Part shown: piece by piece, positions 13,791 through 25,523 of the stretch
Layout: each line of letters starts with the position of its first letter
How positions within the stretch are numbered: position 1 is the first letter of the stretch
Assembly: GCF_018977255.1 (NCBI RefSeq)
Contig: NW_024704742.1
Span: 33,854,001 to 33,918,000 of the forward strand
Reading direction: 5' to 3'
DNA length: 64,000 nucleotides
Origin: Callorhinchus milii
Lineage: Eukaryota
Position numbers and translations under genes: made by a program
The notes under the pieces: generated by a model
The model's input: only the letters and a program-made list of their open reading frames with translations
Database searches by the model: none
What the model was told of the DNA's origin: nothing

Positions 13791-13824
13791 AAGTGCATTG
13801 GTGCAAATTAACCGAAGCACTCAC

Positions 13825-13895
13825 CCTCCGCCTCGCTGGATCCTGTTGGCCTCTTTCCTAAACAACCCGAAGCACTGAGCCCAGCAGTTGCCCAT
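13825..13895 (-). CDS. AP1AR: AP1AR (AP-1 complex-associated regulatory protein / gadkin) coding exon 1
   Basis: ATG at 13895 gives MGNCWAQCFGLFRKEANRIQRGG(G), matching the vertebrate AP1AR N-terminus as I recall it (human MGNCCWTQCFGLLRKEAGRLQRVGGGGG). Ends at a phase-2 GG|GTGAGT donor, sits in a CpG island, and lies downstream of FAM241A on the same strand as in human. Later exons (SKYFR..., FENLVESDE) were not found in 1-13824. Confidence 0.93.
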
Positions 13896-13914
13896 CGCGC
13901 ATACTGCACCGCAC

Positions 13915-13948
<34 letters not shown>

Positions 13949-14002
13949 CTGTGTGTGTGTGTGTGTCTGTGTGTGTGTGTGTGTCTGTGTGTGTGTGTGT
14001 GT
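13915..14002. repeat. compound (CT)n/(GT)n microsatellite in the AP1AR 5' leader
   Basis: Read directly; (GT)n interrupted regularly by CT. Confidence 0.95.
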
Positions 14003-14312
14003 CACCGGGTGAGCAGGAAGCACAGCACTGAGGACACCGCGTCCGTGCGACCCCGGCGGCGGGGGGTGAGGGGGGAAGGGCGAGCCACCCAGGCCTGGCG
14101 GGAGGAAGATAAATAAGCGGCCATGTATTTAGAGGAGGAGAGAGAAGGGAGAAGGGAGACCACAGCGCTGCAGCCACACACACCCGCTGCCTCCTCCTCC
14201 TCCCTCCCTCCCGGGGACACGCGCTCCGGGACACGTCCGTCCGCCCGTCCGCCCGTCCTCACCATTGTCGCGTCACGTCCGGGAGCGCACACCCCGCCCC
14301 CGACCCCGCTCG

Positions 14313-15420
14313 CCGCGCTACACCAGGGCCACCGGAGAGGGCGCTGTCACCCGCTCACACCCACCGCGCTACACCAGAGAGGGCGCTGTCACCCGCTCAC
14401 GCCCACCGCGCTACACCGCGCTACACCAGAGAGGGCGCTGTCACCCGCTCACACCCACCGCGCTACACCAGAGAGGGCGCTGACACCCGCTCACACCCAC
14501 CGCGCTACACCAGAGAGGGCGCTGACACCCGCTCACACCCACCGCGCTACACCGGAGAGGGCGCTGACACCCGCTCACACCCACCGCGCTACACCAGAGA
14601 GGGCGCTGACACCCGCTCACACCCACCGCGCTACACCGGAGAGGGCGCTGACACCCGCTCACACCCACCGCGCTACACCGGAGAGGGCGCTGACACCCGC
14701 TCACACCCACCGCGCTACACCAGAGAGGGCGCTGACACCCGCTCACACCCACCGCGCTACACCAGAGAGGGCGCTGTCACCCGCTCACACCCACCGCGCT
14801 ACACCAGAGAGGGCGCTGACACCCGCTCACACCCACCGCGCTACACCGGAGAGGGCGCTGACACCCGCTCACACCCACCGCGCTACACCAGAGAGGGCGC
14901 TGACACCCGCTCACACCCACGCGCTACACCGGACCGAGAGGCGCTGTCACCCGCTCACACCACGCGCTACACCGGAGAGGGCGCTGACACCCGCTCACAC
15001 CCACCGCGCTACACCGGAGAGGGCGCTGTCACCCGCTCACACCCACCGCGCTACACCAGAGAGGGCGCTGACACCCGCTCACACCCACCGCGCTACACCG
15101 GAGAGGGCGCTGACACCCGCTCACACCCACCGCGCTACACCAGAGAGGGCGCTGACACCCGCTCACACCCACTGCGCTACACCAGGGCCACCGGAGAGGG
15201 CGCTCACCCGCTCACACCCACCGCCACCAGAGAGGGCGCTGACACCCGCTCACACCCACCGCGCTACACCGGAGAGGGCGCTGACACCCGCTCACACCCA
15301 CCGCGCTACACCAGAGAGGGCGCTGACACCCGCTCACACCCACTGCGCTACACCAGGGCCACCGGAGAGGGCGCTGTCACCCGCTCACACCCACCGCGCT
15401 ACACCAGGGCCACCGGAGAG
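14313..15420. repeat. 42-bp CpG-rich minisatellite (~26 units) upstream of AP1AR
   Basis: Unit CCGCGCTACACC(A/G)GAGAGGGCGCTG(A/T)CACCCGCTCACACCCA repeated head to tail, with a few units carrying a CAGGGCCAC insert. Seen as RATPERALTPAHTH repeats in the ORF track. Confidence 0.97.
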
Positions 15421-16313
15421 CAGCTGCTGGTGGGAGCCGTGGCTCAATGTGCAGGGAAGTGTGTGCAGGCTGTGGGCAGTGAGACTGTAGCTGATAAGAC
15501 TCGCCGCAGCGGCAACAAAATGACAGCGGTATATAGCGCCGGCGTTGGGGGAAGATGAGCAAATGGGGTTTTGCTTGGAACGGAGTCGGCCGAGATGTCA
15601 AAACCGAGTCACTCCTCTGTTGCTGAGCCAGAACGGTCCTCAGCAATTCAGGGAAGTCCCTGTCGGCAGAGCAGACCTGACGTGTCGGCGGGAAATGAAT
15701 GCAAATACGTTCCTCCACACTCTCAAACCTGTGCCAAAAATTATATCTGTAATGTGCAACAAAAAGTGCGTTCTTCGCTGTTGCAGCCGGTAAAAACAGC
15801 CCAACCGCTGCCGGTGTTTCCCTGGATTGGATTGTGCAATAACTGTGTTCTGTGAAGCGCTTTGGGACGTCCTCCCGATGTGAAAAGCGCTATATCAAAT
15901 GCAAGGATTATTATTATTATTATTCTTTGTAGTGCCCTCTGTGATGGTGGCGGTGGTGGAGGTGGAAGAGGATGGTTCCACTAGATGTTGGTTGACCGGT
16001 AACTGAGGGTAGGGAGTCATCCCATTGAACTCCTGTGATCCCTGCAAGCTGAAACTCAACGTGTCAGATGGTCCTCGCTGGACAAGCAGTGGGAAGCTCA
16101 CCAGCCAGCTCTCGCCAATGATTACACACACACTTGTACCTCATCCCTAACACCAGAGTTACCAGAGAGGGCACTACACATGTTGCAAACTCCCAGCAGG
16201 GAAACTAATCTCCAAATAATTTCAATAAAAATGTGACATGAATTGTACTTCTGCACAAGCTTTCCAAGAAACAACAAAACAGGTTATTTTCCACTTATCT
16301 ACTGGTTATGACT

Positions 16314-16566
16314 GATAATAATAATAATAATCCTTGCATTTGATATAGCGCTTTTCACATCGGGAGGACGTCCCAAAATACTTCACAGAATACACTGTAA
16401 AGTGAACTGACTATATTTGTGGGCAAACGCGGCAACCATTGTGCACAGCAATGTCCCACAAAATGACCAATTTATTATTGTTTTTGGAGGGATTATTATT
16501 AGGCGTGTGGAGTAAGGAAACTTGCCCAAGGTTTCGCCCTGCCTGGAATTGAACTCAGGTCTCTCT
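16314..16566 (-). mobile_element. tRNA-derived SINE, 5' truncated
   Basis: Reverse complement of the family body and tail. Confidence 0.9.
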
Positions 16567-17844
16567 TCTAAACGTTGCCCAGAATATTTTATTCACCACC
16601 ACAAATAGCTACCGAAGCTTAGTGCATAACAGCGTTTAAAATGCAACTGGTTAAATCTTGAAGCAAAACAGTAAAGGATATTGGGAAAGAATAGAGGAAT
16701 TTAACTTCATTATTTTTATAATAGCAATTATGGGTGCTGACTCTGCTATCTTTCCTGCCAATGTTAGCAAACAAGTTGAGACTAATGAATAGATTTTTAA
16801 AAATCAAGTGAGAGAAAGATATGGTTGGCCTTAATGACATGACCATTTCAGACAAAGTATTGAGTTTGTGATAGTTCCAACATCTCCTGTTAATCCTGCA
16901 AGCCAAAGCCCTGATGGATAGGATGGCTCTAGCTGGACAAACTATGGGAAAGCTTGGTGGACAGCAATATCAATGGCAAGCTATGCAGTTTTAACTGGTT
17001 AGACTCCAGCAGTTATAACTGGTTAGACTCCAGCAGTTACCCCAACACGCAGTGTGGTGTCCTCAAGCCTAGCTCTTGGCAACCTGCGCTTAAAACCTTC
17101 CGGAATTAGATTAGCAAGATGCTTCCCTCCAGGGAGAGTGCATATCCCGTTCCAACAATCCATCTGTGGGACTTCCATGTGTAAATGGGATGCATGGAAA
17201 TCTGTTTGGTTTGGATACTCTTAAGCATGGTGACGGGTTTCCATATGTGTCAGACACATGGCGTTCCCCTCCCAAAGAAAAAATGCCATCTGTCAAGGGC
17301 AGGATTAATCCCTCACTTGATGGATGACAGAAACAAGCAACTCCCTGCGAGGTGATCTAAGTTTGTAATATTATCCAAAGTGACGAGTTGCACGGTTCTG
17401 GTCAATTGAAGGATCATGGCGTGGCCTCCCGCCCTTTCCAGTTACAGCAAAGGGCGGGAGGTCATAGTGCAGCCCTCCAGTAGACCAGAGGCTTCTGATG
17501 CATCCGATCATGAGCACCCCACCTCTGCTGAGCATCCACACCACAGGATAGGGGGGGAGGCCTCTGTGATACAAGGTACCAGATTATAGGACAAGTTAAC
17601 CAATTAATTTTACGGTGCAAGTACTTATAAGAATTTCTACAATGCAGAGTTACGTGTTAAGCAGTCCCTTATTAACATTTTTAATGAAAAGCATGTAGGA
17701 TATTTGACAGCCTGATGAATTAAGTGATAATGAGTTAATAAGTCAGTTGAGTTCACTGTATGCAATTCCAGATAGCACAGTGGAAGAAGCATTAAACAGC
17801 ATTTCCCCCCACCCACCCCACCCAACTGCATGTTGCATGCCTGA

Positions 17845-18033
17845 TAATAATCCCTGAAAAAAAAATTGGTCATTTCAATCTATGACTGCTTGTGGGACAC
17901 TGCTGTGCACAATTGGCTGCCACATTTCACCCACAAATATACAGTCAATTCACTTTACAGTCTATTCTGTGAAGCGCTTTGAGACGTCTAGAACATGTGA
18001 AAAGCACTATATCAAATGCAAAGATTATTATTA
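17845..18033 (+). mobile_element. SINE 3' fragment
   Basis: Family tail GGGACACTGCTGTGCACAATTGGCTGCC...ATCAAATGCAAAGATTATT. Confidence 0.85.
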
Positions 18034-19199
18034 TGCTAAATGGAGCACTATTCTTTCTTCAGAACCTTAAAGGCAGTAACTGTTAAACTAAAGCAGGTGC
18101 AAGTAGATAGAGCTGTTTCAGCCAAACTTTCATACAGATGATTCAACTTTGAATCACTCGCACAATGAATCACTCGCACAAATATAATTTAATTCCGTCG
18201 GGCATGATTAATGTAAACAGCAAAATAACAATCAACAATATTCTACTTTAGCCTCATGTGTCTTTTCCTTTTAAAAAAAAGAAATTATGAATGTGAATAG
18301 CTTAGACACAGTAAAATGTCATTTAGTTACCAACATTTATAGCATTCTCATCTCCAGCAGCTGCTCCAAAATAATCAGAGCAATTATAGCTGCTTAACAA
18401 TACGGTGAATCCCTGCTGCGCCCCTTACAGATGTTAAAACAGGGCCAATTCTGACAAATCTGTTCTTAGTTTTTCTATTGCTTGATAAACAATCCATTGT
18501 TTTCTAACCAAAAGGTTGCTCACGGGGTGGGGGCAAAGCCCTAATGGGTCAGTTGGCCCTATCTGGACAAGAAGCAAGAATCTAACCAGACTGTGCTTTC
18601 TAGCTGTGCAATTTCAGTTGGTTAAACTCTAGCACGCACAAGCTTTGACTCTTGCCAACCACCACCTAACTCTGGATTTAGGTGAGCAGGGTGCGTCCCT
18701 TCGGGGAGAGTGCACAATGCATTTCGGCCAAGGAAATTTCTGTGTGTTGATGGCATGGATGGAACTCTCGCTTGGTTTGGATACTCTTAAGCGTGGTGAC
18801 TGTTTTTTGCATGTGTTGCACACTAGGGTGACCAAAAAAAAAAATCCTTTCATAATTTTAAACCCAACCAGGTGCCTCTATCCTCCTATACTTGGGGAGT
18901 GCTGCGTTATCAGAGGTGCAGTCTTCAGTTGAGACATTAACATAGGGGACTGTTCAGATGTATGTTAAAGATGTGGGAACTTTCATGTTAGGACATCCCA
19001 AAACACCTCACAGTGTTGGAGGGAAAGATGACTGAAAAAATAGTCTAAGAGGTTCTGTAGAAATATTGTGCCAATTAAAGTGAAGAAATTACTAAAACGG
19101 CCGCAATGTCGCAATGGCTTTGAACAAGGAAATCCTGTTTGGCATCCAGAGCGGCCCAAAAAACTGAGCAATAACATTAGTTAGTGCCAACATCAGACA

Positions 19200-20574
19200 C
19201 AAACACACACATGCATTGAGTGGTTCCAAACATTTAAGCAGTAATGTGATTTTCATTGGCACATGAAGTTCGCTGTGTCATTTTACATAATGAAAACACT
19301 ATGCAATCATTTAGGATCCAGTAAAAATGAGAGGCACAAGAACCCAAAACACAAATGAGCTCAAATGTTCGTCTTTTTTTCCTTTCTAGATGGCTCTTCC
19401 CCATCAAGTACAGAAGTATCTGAAACTACAGAATTAAAATGTTTTATCAAACATTTTCCACTTAGCAACAGGCCTAGCAGTATTAAGCAAACTGTCTTTG
19501 TTTGGACCCTATTTGCACTAAAACTGCTCATCAGCTTCAGACTCCAGGTTTTAGTGCAACTATATGATCCAGATCAGATCCTTCCAGTTAAACCTGGAAG
19601 CATTTGTACAGCATACAAACAGTTTACAAAAACACTTAACTAGAATTAACAAAAAAACAGTAAGAGATATTTTGATACATTAAGAAATCTAACAGAAGTA
19701 CTTGATGGTACAAGTCCCTTACTCCACAAAAATACACATTTGTTTTCAATTAGTATCCTTAAAAAATACACTGAAGCATTCATGTGCTTACTGAAATATT
19801 TATAGCAATTTTCCCCCAATAATTGGCATTTAACAAAAATCTTATCATTCAATACCTGATTGAACAGTCTGCTGCAACTCACTTACAAAAACATTTTCAT
19901 TACCTAATGTTTAGTTCCATGCATACTGCCAAAACTCAAAGGAAACAAAATCCACAGATAAATATAGATATCCACTGAATCTACTTTAAAGCCGGTTCAG
20001 ATGGGTATGAAGGAATCCAAACAAAACCAAAGGGAGGGGAGAAAAAGAAAACATCAATAAAAGTATTTCACTCAACATAATATACTTTACAGAAATATAC
20101 TTTACAGAAGACACAAATCTGGTACTGTATACAAATTGCTTGCATATGTTTTACAAAAGGATTTACAGTTATTAACAAGAGTTTTTATCTACAAACTACA
20201 TAATGCAAACATATATTTCATGCCCTGAGCTTTTCTGAACTATTCTGGGATATTTGAAGAATCTTTAGCTTAATTCTGCTTAAAACTAAACATTTTAATA
20301 TATTCAATAGAATTACAACATTTTAGCCCAAACCTTGAAAATATTGCATGTTTTTTGCAACACAATAAAAAAACTAATTTCCTCTTTTTCAGTTGTAAAT
20401 ACCAATACACCATATCTATCTGGGTATTTTGCATATTTTGACATGTAAGTAGCATACAGTATTTATAAATGTATGTACACAATTAAGAATTCATTACAAA
20501 TTCTGAACATAATTATATAGCATTTACAAACAAGGTAAACAAGATTTCATACATTCTTTTTAGAAAATGTCCTC
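19200..20574 (-). other. FAM241A: probable FAM241A 3' UTR (3' end not defined)
   Basis: Repeat-free AU-rich sequence directly after the stop codon, with two UGUANAUA elements. Polyadenylation site not determined. Confidence 0.5.
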
Positions 20575-20820
<246 letters not shown>

Positions 20821-21201
20821 CTATTTAGGAAAGAGTACAATGCTATCAGCAGGTTTGCCACTTGTGTACAACCCCCCTGTTCAAACTTTAATACACAAAT
20901 ACATTCAACTGTATTTAATTGCAGAGCAACTTAACATCATGTCAGCTTGGCCCATTTGATAGCATTCCTGCCTTTGGGTTAGAAGATTGTAGGTTCAAAC
21001 CCCACATCAGGACTTTAAGCAGCCTGGACTCACAGTCCAGACTGACACCCCAGCTCAGTGTTGGGGGTGGGGGGGGGTTGGGGGGCAGCTAGTGTGGCAT
21101 TGGCTAAAGTCAGATGTGATGTCAAACTAATGTCTGTCTGTTCAGGTGCCTAAAAAAACCATGACACTATTTGGAGGGCAATTCTCTATCTTATCCAACA
21201 A

Positions 21202-21921
21202 TTAGAATCATAGAATCATACAGCACAGAAAGAGGCCATTCGGCCCATCATGTCTGCGCCGGCTCCTAAAAGAGCAATCCAACTCAATCCCACTGGCCCG
21301 CTTTCTCTCCATAGCCCTGCAATCCTGTCCTCCTCAAATACCCATCTACTTCTCTCTTAAAATTTGTTATTGAATCAGCTTCCACTACCCTTTCAGGTAA
21401 TGCATTCCAGATCCAAACAACTCGCTGGATGAAAACATTTTTCCTAACCTCCCCTCGGTTTCGTTTAACAACGATCTTAAATCGGTGTCCTCAGGTTACA
21501 GACTCACATGCCAGTGGAAACAGTTTTTCCCGGTTCAACCTATTAAATCCTCATGATCTTGAAAACCTCTATTAAATCCCCTCTTAATCTTCTCTGCTCT
21601 AGGGAGAATAATCCTAGTTTTGCTAACCTCTCCTCATAACTAAGGTCGTTCATTCCTGGTACCATCCTGGTAAACCTCTTTTGCATCCTCTCCAATGCCC
21701 TAACATCTTTCCTAAAGTGCAGTGCCCAGAACTGAATGCAGTACTCCAACTGAGGCCTTACCAGCATTTTATAAATATTCAACATAACCTCCTGACTTTT
21801 GAATTCTATGCCCCTATTTATAAAGCCTAGTATCCCGTATGCCTTTATAACAGCTTTATCTACCGGTCCTGCCACCTTCAGAGATTTGCTTATGTGGACC
21901 CCCATGTCTCTCTGTTCATTT
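21202..21921 (-). mobile_element. CR1 LINE 3' fragment
   Basis: ORF 21543..21926 gives KAYGILGFINRGIEFKS...LVRPQLEYCIQFW...LSYEERLAKLGLFSLEQRRLRGDLIEVFK; CR1-type (ATTCTATG)n tail. Confidence 0.93.
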
Positions 21922-24712
21922 GTCACCTCAGCATATAATAATATGGGATACCGGTGTGCACAAACAACTATGTTTGCCTACAAATAATAATAAAATAAAT
22001 AATAATCCTTGCATTTGATATCTTCGAAATCACATCTTCGAAATTTCTTAAAGCGCTTCAGAATATGCTGTAATTTGAATTGACTGTATATTTTGTGGGT
22101 GAAAATACACAAATCACTACAGTTTACGGTCATTACCATAAGCAGGTTTCAATCTTAAAGACCCAATATAAAATGCAGATGATATGCAAGAAGTTACTAT
22201 TTTTGCAATAAATTAATCACATCAAAATAACAAATAAATGAACTAGATCATTTTGGATCATTTTAATATTGCGGTAAAAATCCAGATTAACATTGTAACT
22301 ATAAAATACTCGTCTTATCTAACATTTCATAATCACAGTTCGGGAAATTAGACTTTTTGGTTGCTACTTTTCTTCTCTGTCCCTCCCCCTCCAGGGCTTT
22401 GGGTTCACAGGCACTGGTTAGCTTCCAGGACCTCGCCCTAATTGGCAATTTTTCATGGGCGAGTACAGATAATGATAACACATTTTTTTGAAAATCCAAC
22501 CGTTTTCAGTGCATTTTCTAAACTCACTTTGGCCTTTTCATTCAGTGTAATATTTCTGCAGGGCAAGGGATCAATTTACCATATATTCCAAGTCCACTGA
22601 ACTGCTAGGGCGTGAACAAGAATTACTGCTTTACAATGTTCTCACTCTCACACCTAGTCACAGAGAGGTAACACGAAACACACTGCGTGGATATACAGGA
22701 GAGTTCTACCCTACCCCCCACTCCCCGGGGTACCAAATTGAATGCAAATGAAAACATTCCAAATCCTACGCAAAAACTTCCCAAAAGAATTCAAGCATCA
22801 AACATGAAGAACTCCGAAATTATCAAATGATTTATGTTACACAAATACAATTAGCTACAATTTATTAGTTATAAGTATGCAATGTGGGCAAAACACCCTC
22901 AACCTTCTGGTGTTATGTAAGACCATCTCGCCCCAAACTCCAGACCAGGGAAGTCTGTGTTTGCCTTATAATAATAATATTTACATTTGGCAGCCGGTCT
23001 TAAAGCACTTTGAAGGATATACTGTGTGTTTTGTGCGCAAATGCTTTATATTGAAAAATTAATGCTCTAAAGCCCAAAACCAACACACTGAAATACTTCA
23101 ACAATAACCGAGTTGTTCAGACATTGACTCACTGACATTGGGATGAATCATACTCTGATTGTTTAAAAATGGTGATCTTTTCCCATTCATAAAGATGTAA
23201 TGAAAAGATCGCTGTTATTAAGCAACCATAGTATGATCGCTTAGGTTCTAGCCAGTCTGATATAATGACAATTCTTGTAGAAACAAACAGGAGTTAAGAA
23301 AAGCATTAATAAAAAAGGCATAAAAAAGACTGGAGAATGAGAAAGGAGTGCAAAATTAAAGAGAGATTAGAAAAAAATTAAATTGCACATTATATGATTA
23401 ATGCTGGTGCTGCAGCCAGCATTGCAGTACAGTTTCACAGGAGTCAGTGCAAGATTATGATGGTACAAGTCAGCCGAATAGTGAGCACATCAGAATGGCA
23501 CATATGGGGCATTTATTTGTAGAAGCAGATTTCAAAGTACAATGTCCTGAAATTCAAATAAAAAATAGCCAGTGTATGGTTCTTTCCCCTTAGCACACGA
23601 CTATGCCTACAAGATTCATTTTGCCCAATAAAATCAATAAGCAACAAATTCTGCATCCAGATGTGTCTATATAAATAATGCTATTTATTTATAAATAAAG
23701 AAAGGTACAGTCTCAGATCAGCAACAAAGTACTCCAAGGTATCAGACTGGGTTCCCTTGGTGTCACTGTTGTAAAGTGTGCACACAGTGCAGATCTGTGG
23801 TGACAATTCATAGTTCAGGATGCTTTACTATTCACCTTCACATTTCTTGACCAATTTGATATTCCAAACTATCACTTGCCTTTCTGTCTGAATTAATTCT
23901 AGTTAGTGGACTCTAACTTGATAATGGCATACAACCAGATTTAGGAGATTAGTTACAATGCAAGTAAAGCTTTAAAAGCTACATTTAATCATTTTTCCAA
24001 TGTTGCAAAGCCAGAACATTTAAACTTTCTTCAAAAATATTTTCATTAAATGATCAACATGTACCCATTTATCCCCATGCAACTGAGGCCTCGGATTTGA
24101 CAGACAGCATGAATATAAAAGCACTATTTTACTATCAGTTGTATTCATTGAGGTTTTAAAGAAATTATATCCCTTATTGTAAATTATTATAGTTCCAATT
24201 GAACTGAACATGTTTTCATCTTGCCCATTTACACACCATGCATTTGTCAACATTTCAACCAAGATCATTCAGTAGCAGCAAAACAATGTGTACAACGTTA
24301 AATACAATAAATGTACCTGATTCTCTTGAGTACCCTCTGTAACAGTCTCATTCACATCTGAAATTGTTTTCTTAATAGCCTAAAGGTGATCAATAGGATG
24401 GAATGGAATGAATTAGATTCACAATTAACAAAACATGAGGTTGCCGGCCAAGTTTTAAGAGTCCGCAAAGCAACCTGCACACCACTGGACCTTACAAACA
24501 TCTTTAAGGAGCTTCTTCCTCTTCTAATTCCATGCTGTTCAAAGCACTATTGTAAGTGCCCATTAGCTTGGGTTTTGGAGAAAAGCCAGCACAACTACGG
24601 GAATGGGCAGAACATTCTAGCAGTTTGATTCCAAAAGGGAAAAGTATGTATCCTTTTCAACTCTGACAGATCATTTCAGTTGTAAGTTACCTTATTTCAA
24701 AGGATACCATAA

Positions 24713-25000
24713 GATAATAATAATTCTTGCATTTGGTACATAGCGCCTTTCACATCACAAGGACATCCCAAAGTGCTTCACAGGATATACTGTAGAATGA
24801 CTGGGACTTTTGTGGGTGAATGTCAATTTGCACACCAGTAATAATGTCTCACAAAAAACCATGGAGTGAATGAACAATTTTATTTTGGGAGATAGCTGGT
24901 GGAGAGATTCCCTTCTCTTTTTAAACATGCCATGGGATCTTTAACATCCACCTGGACACACAGTAGGTACCATAGTTTATCACCTCATCCGAAGGACATC
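24713..25000 (-). mobile_element. older Deu-domain-type SINE
   Basis: Reverse of GGTGGATGTTAAAGATCCCATGGCA central domain plus the common tail. Confidence 0.7.
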
Positions 25001-25164
25001 ACCACCAGCAACCCCAGCATGTTAGAGGCATATGGGTTCCCAGTTGCATTGCTGGGCGATATGACTTGGATTGCTGCGTGCAAATTGGCATATACCCACC
25101 AAAGCCAGTCATTAAGCAAGATGTTTCAAGGGCGAGTAGAAGAAGCAGAAAAAAGCTACAATAT

Positions 25165-25523
25165 AGTAATCCTTCCATTTGATATAGCGCCTTATCACAT
25201 CGTTGAGATGTCTCAAAGTGCTTCACAGAATATACTGTAGTGAATTAACTATGTATTTTGTGAGCGAATCGCGGCAGTCAATTGCACACAGCAGTGTCCC
25301 ACAAACAGTCGTGGATTGAGTGATTTTTTTTTTTTTTAAAAGGATTATTACCGCAGGAAAAGTGACCCCCCCCAATCAACTAACAACCGGGTTCCTACTT
25401 ACTGTCAGGCAAACAGAGGCATATGGAGTAAGGAGACTTGCCTAACGTTTCGCTCTGCCCGGGAATCAAACCCAGGCCCTCTCGCTTGCGAGGCGAGTGC
25501 TCTAACCACTAAGCTACAGGACT
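25165..25523 (-). mobile_element. tRNA-derived SINE, long variant
   Basis: Head, extra GCCTCTGTTTGCCTGACAGTAAGTAGGAACCCGGTTGTTAG segment, and tail. Confidence 0.9.

Larger units (their letters stand above)
13810..14312 (-). promoter_or_regulatory. AP1AR CpG-island promoter / 5' UTR
   Basis: High CpG/GC content around and upstream of the ATG; GC box (CCCCGCCCC ~14292), GTCACGT CRE/E-box-like site ~14272, YY1-like GCGGCCAT ~14117. Confidence 0.75.

Noticed and set aside
1..13824. AP1AR exons 2 onward, or TIFA
   Set aside because: Scanned by eye for the expected peptides and found none. They are probably outside the window, though a very short exon could have been missed.
14313..15420. CRISPR-like array
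   Set aside because: Units are head to tail with no unique spacers, there are no cas genes, and the context is vertebrate.
14123..15490. 455-aa ORF of RATPERALTPAHTH repeats
   Set aside because: A by-product of a stop-free 42-bp minisatellite, antisense to AP1AR; no domain or splice evidence.
16991..17040. 24-bp tandem duplication (also 16 bp at 18151)
   Set aside because: Ordinary slippage duplications with no further structure.
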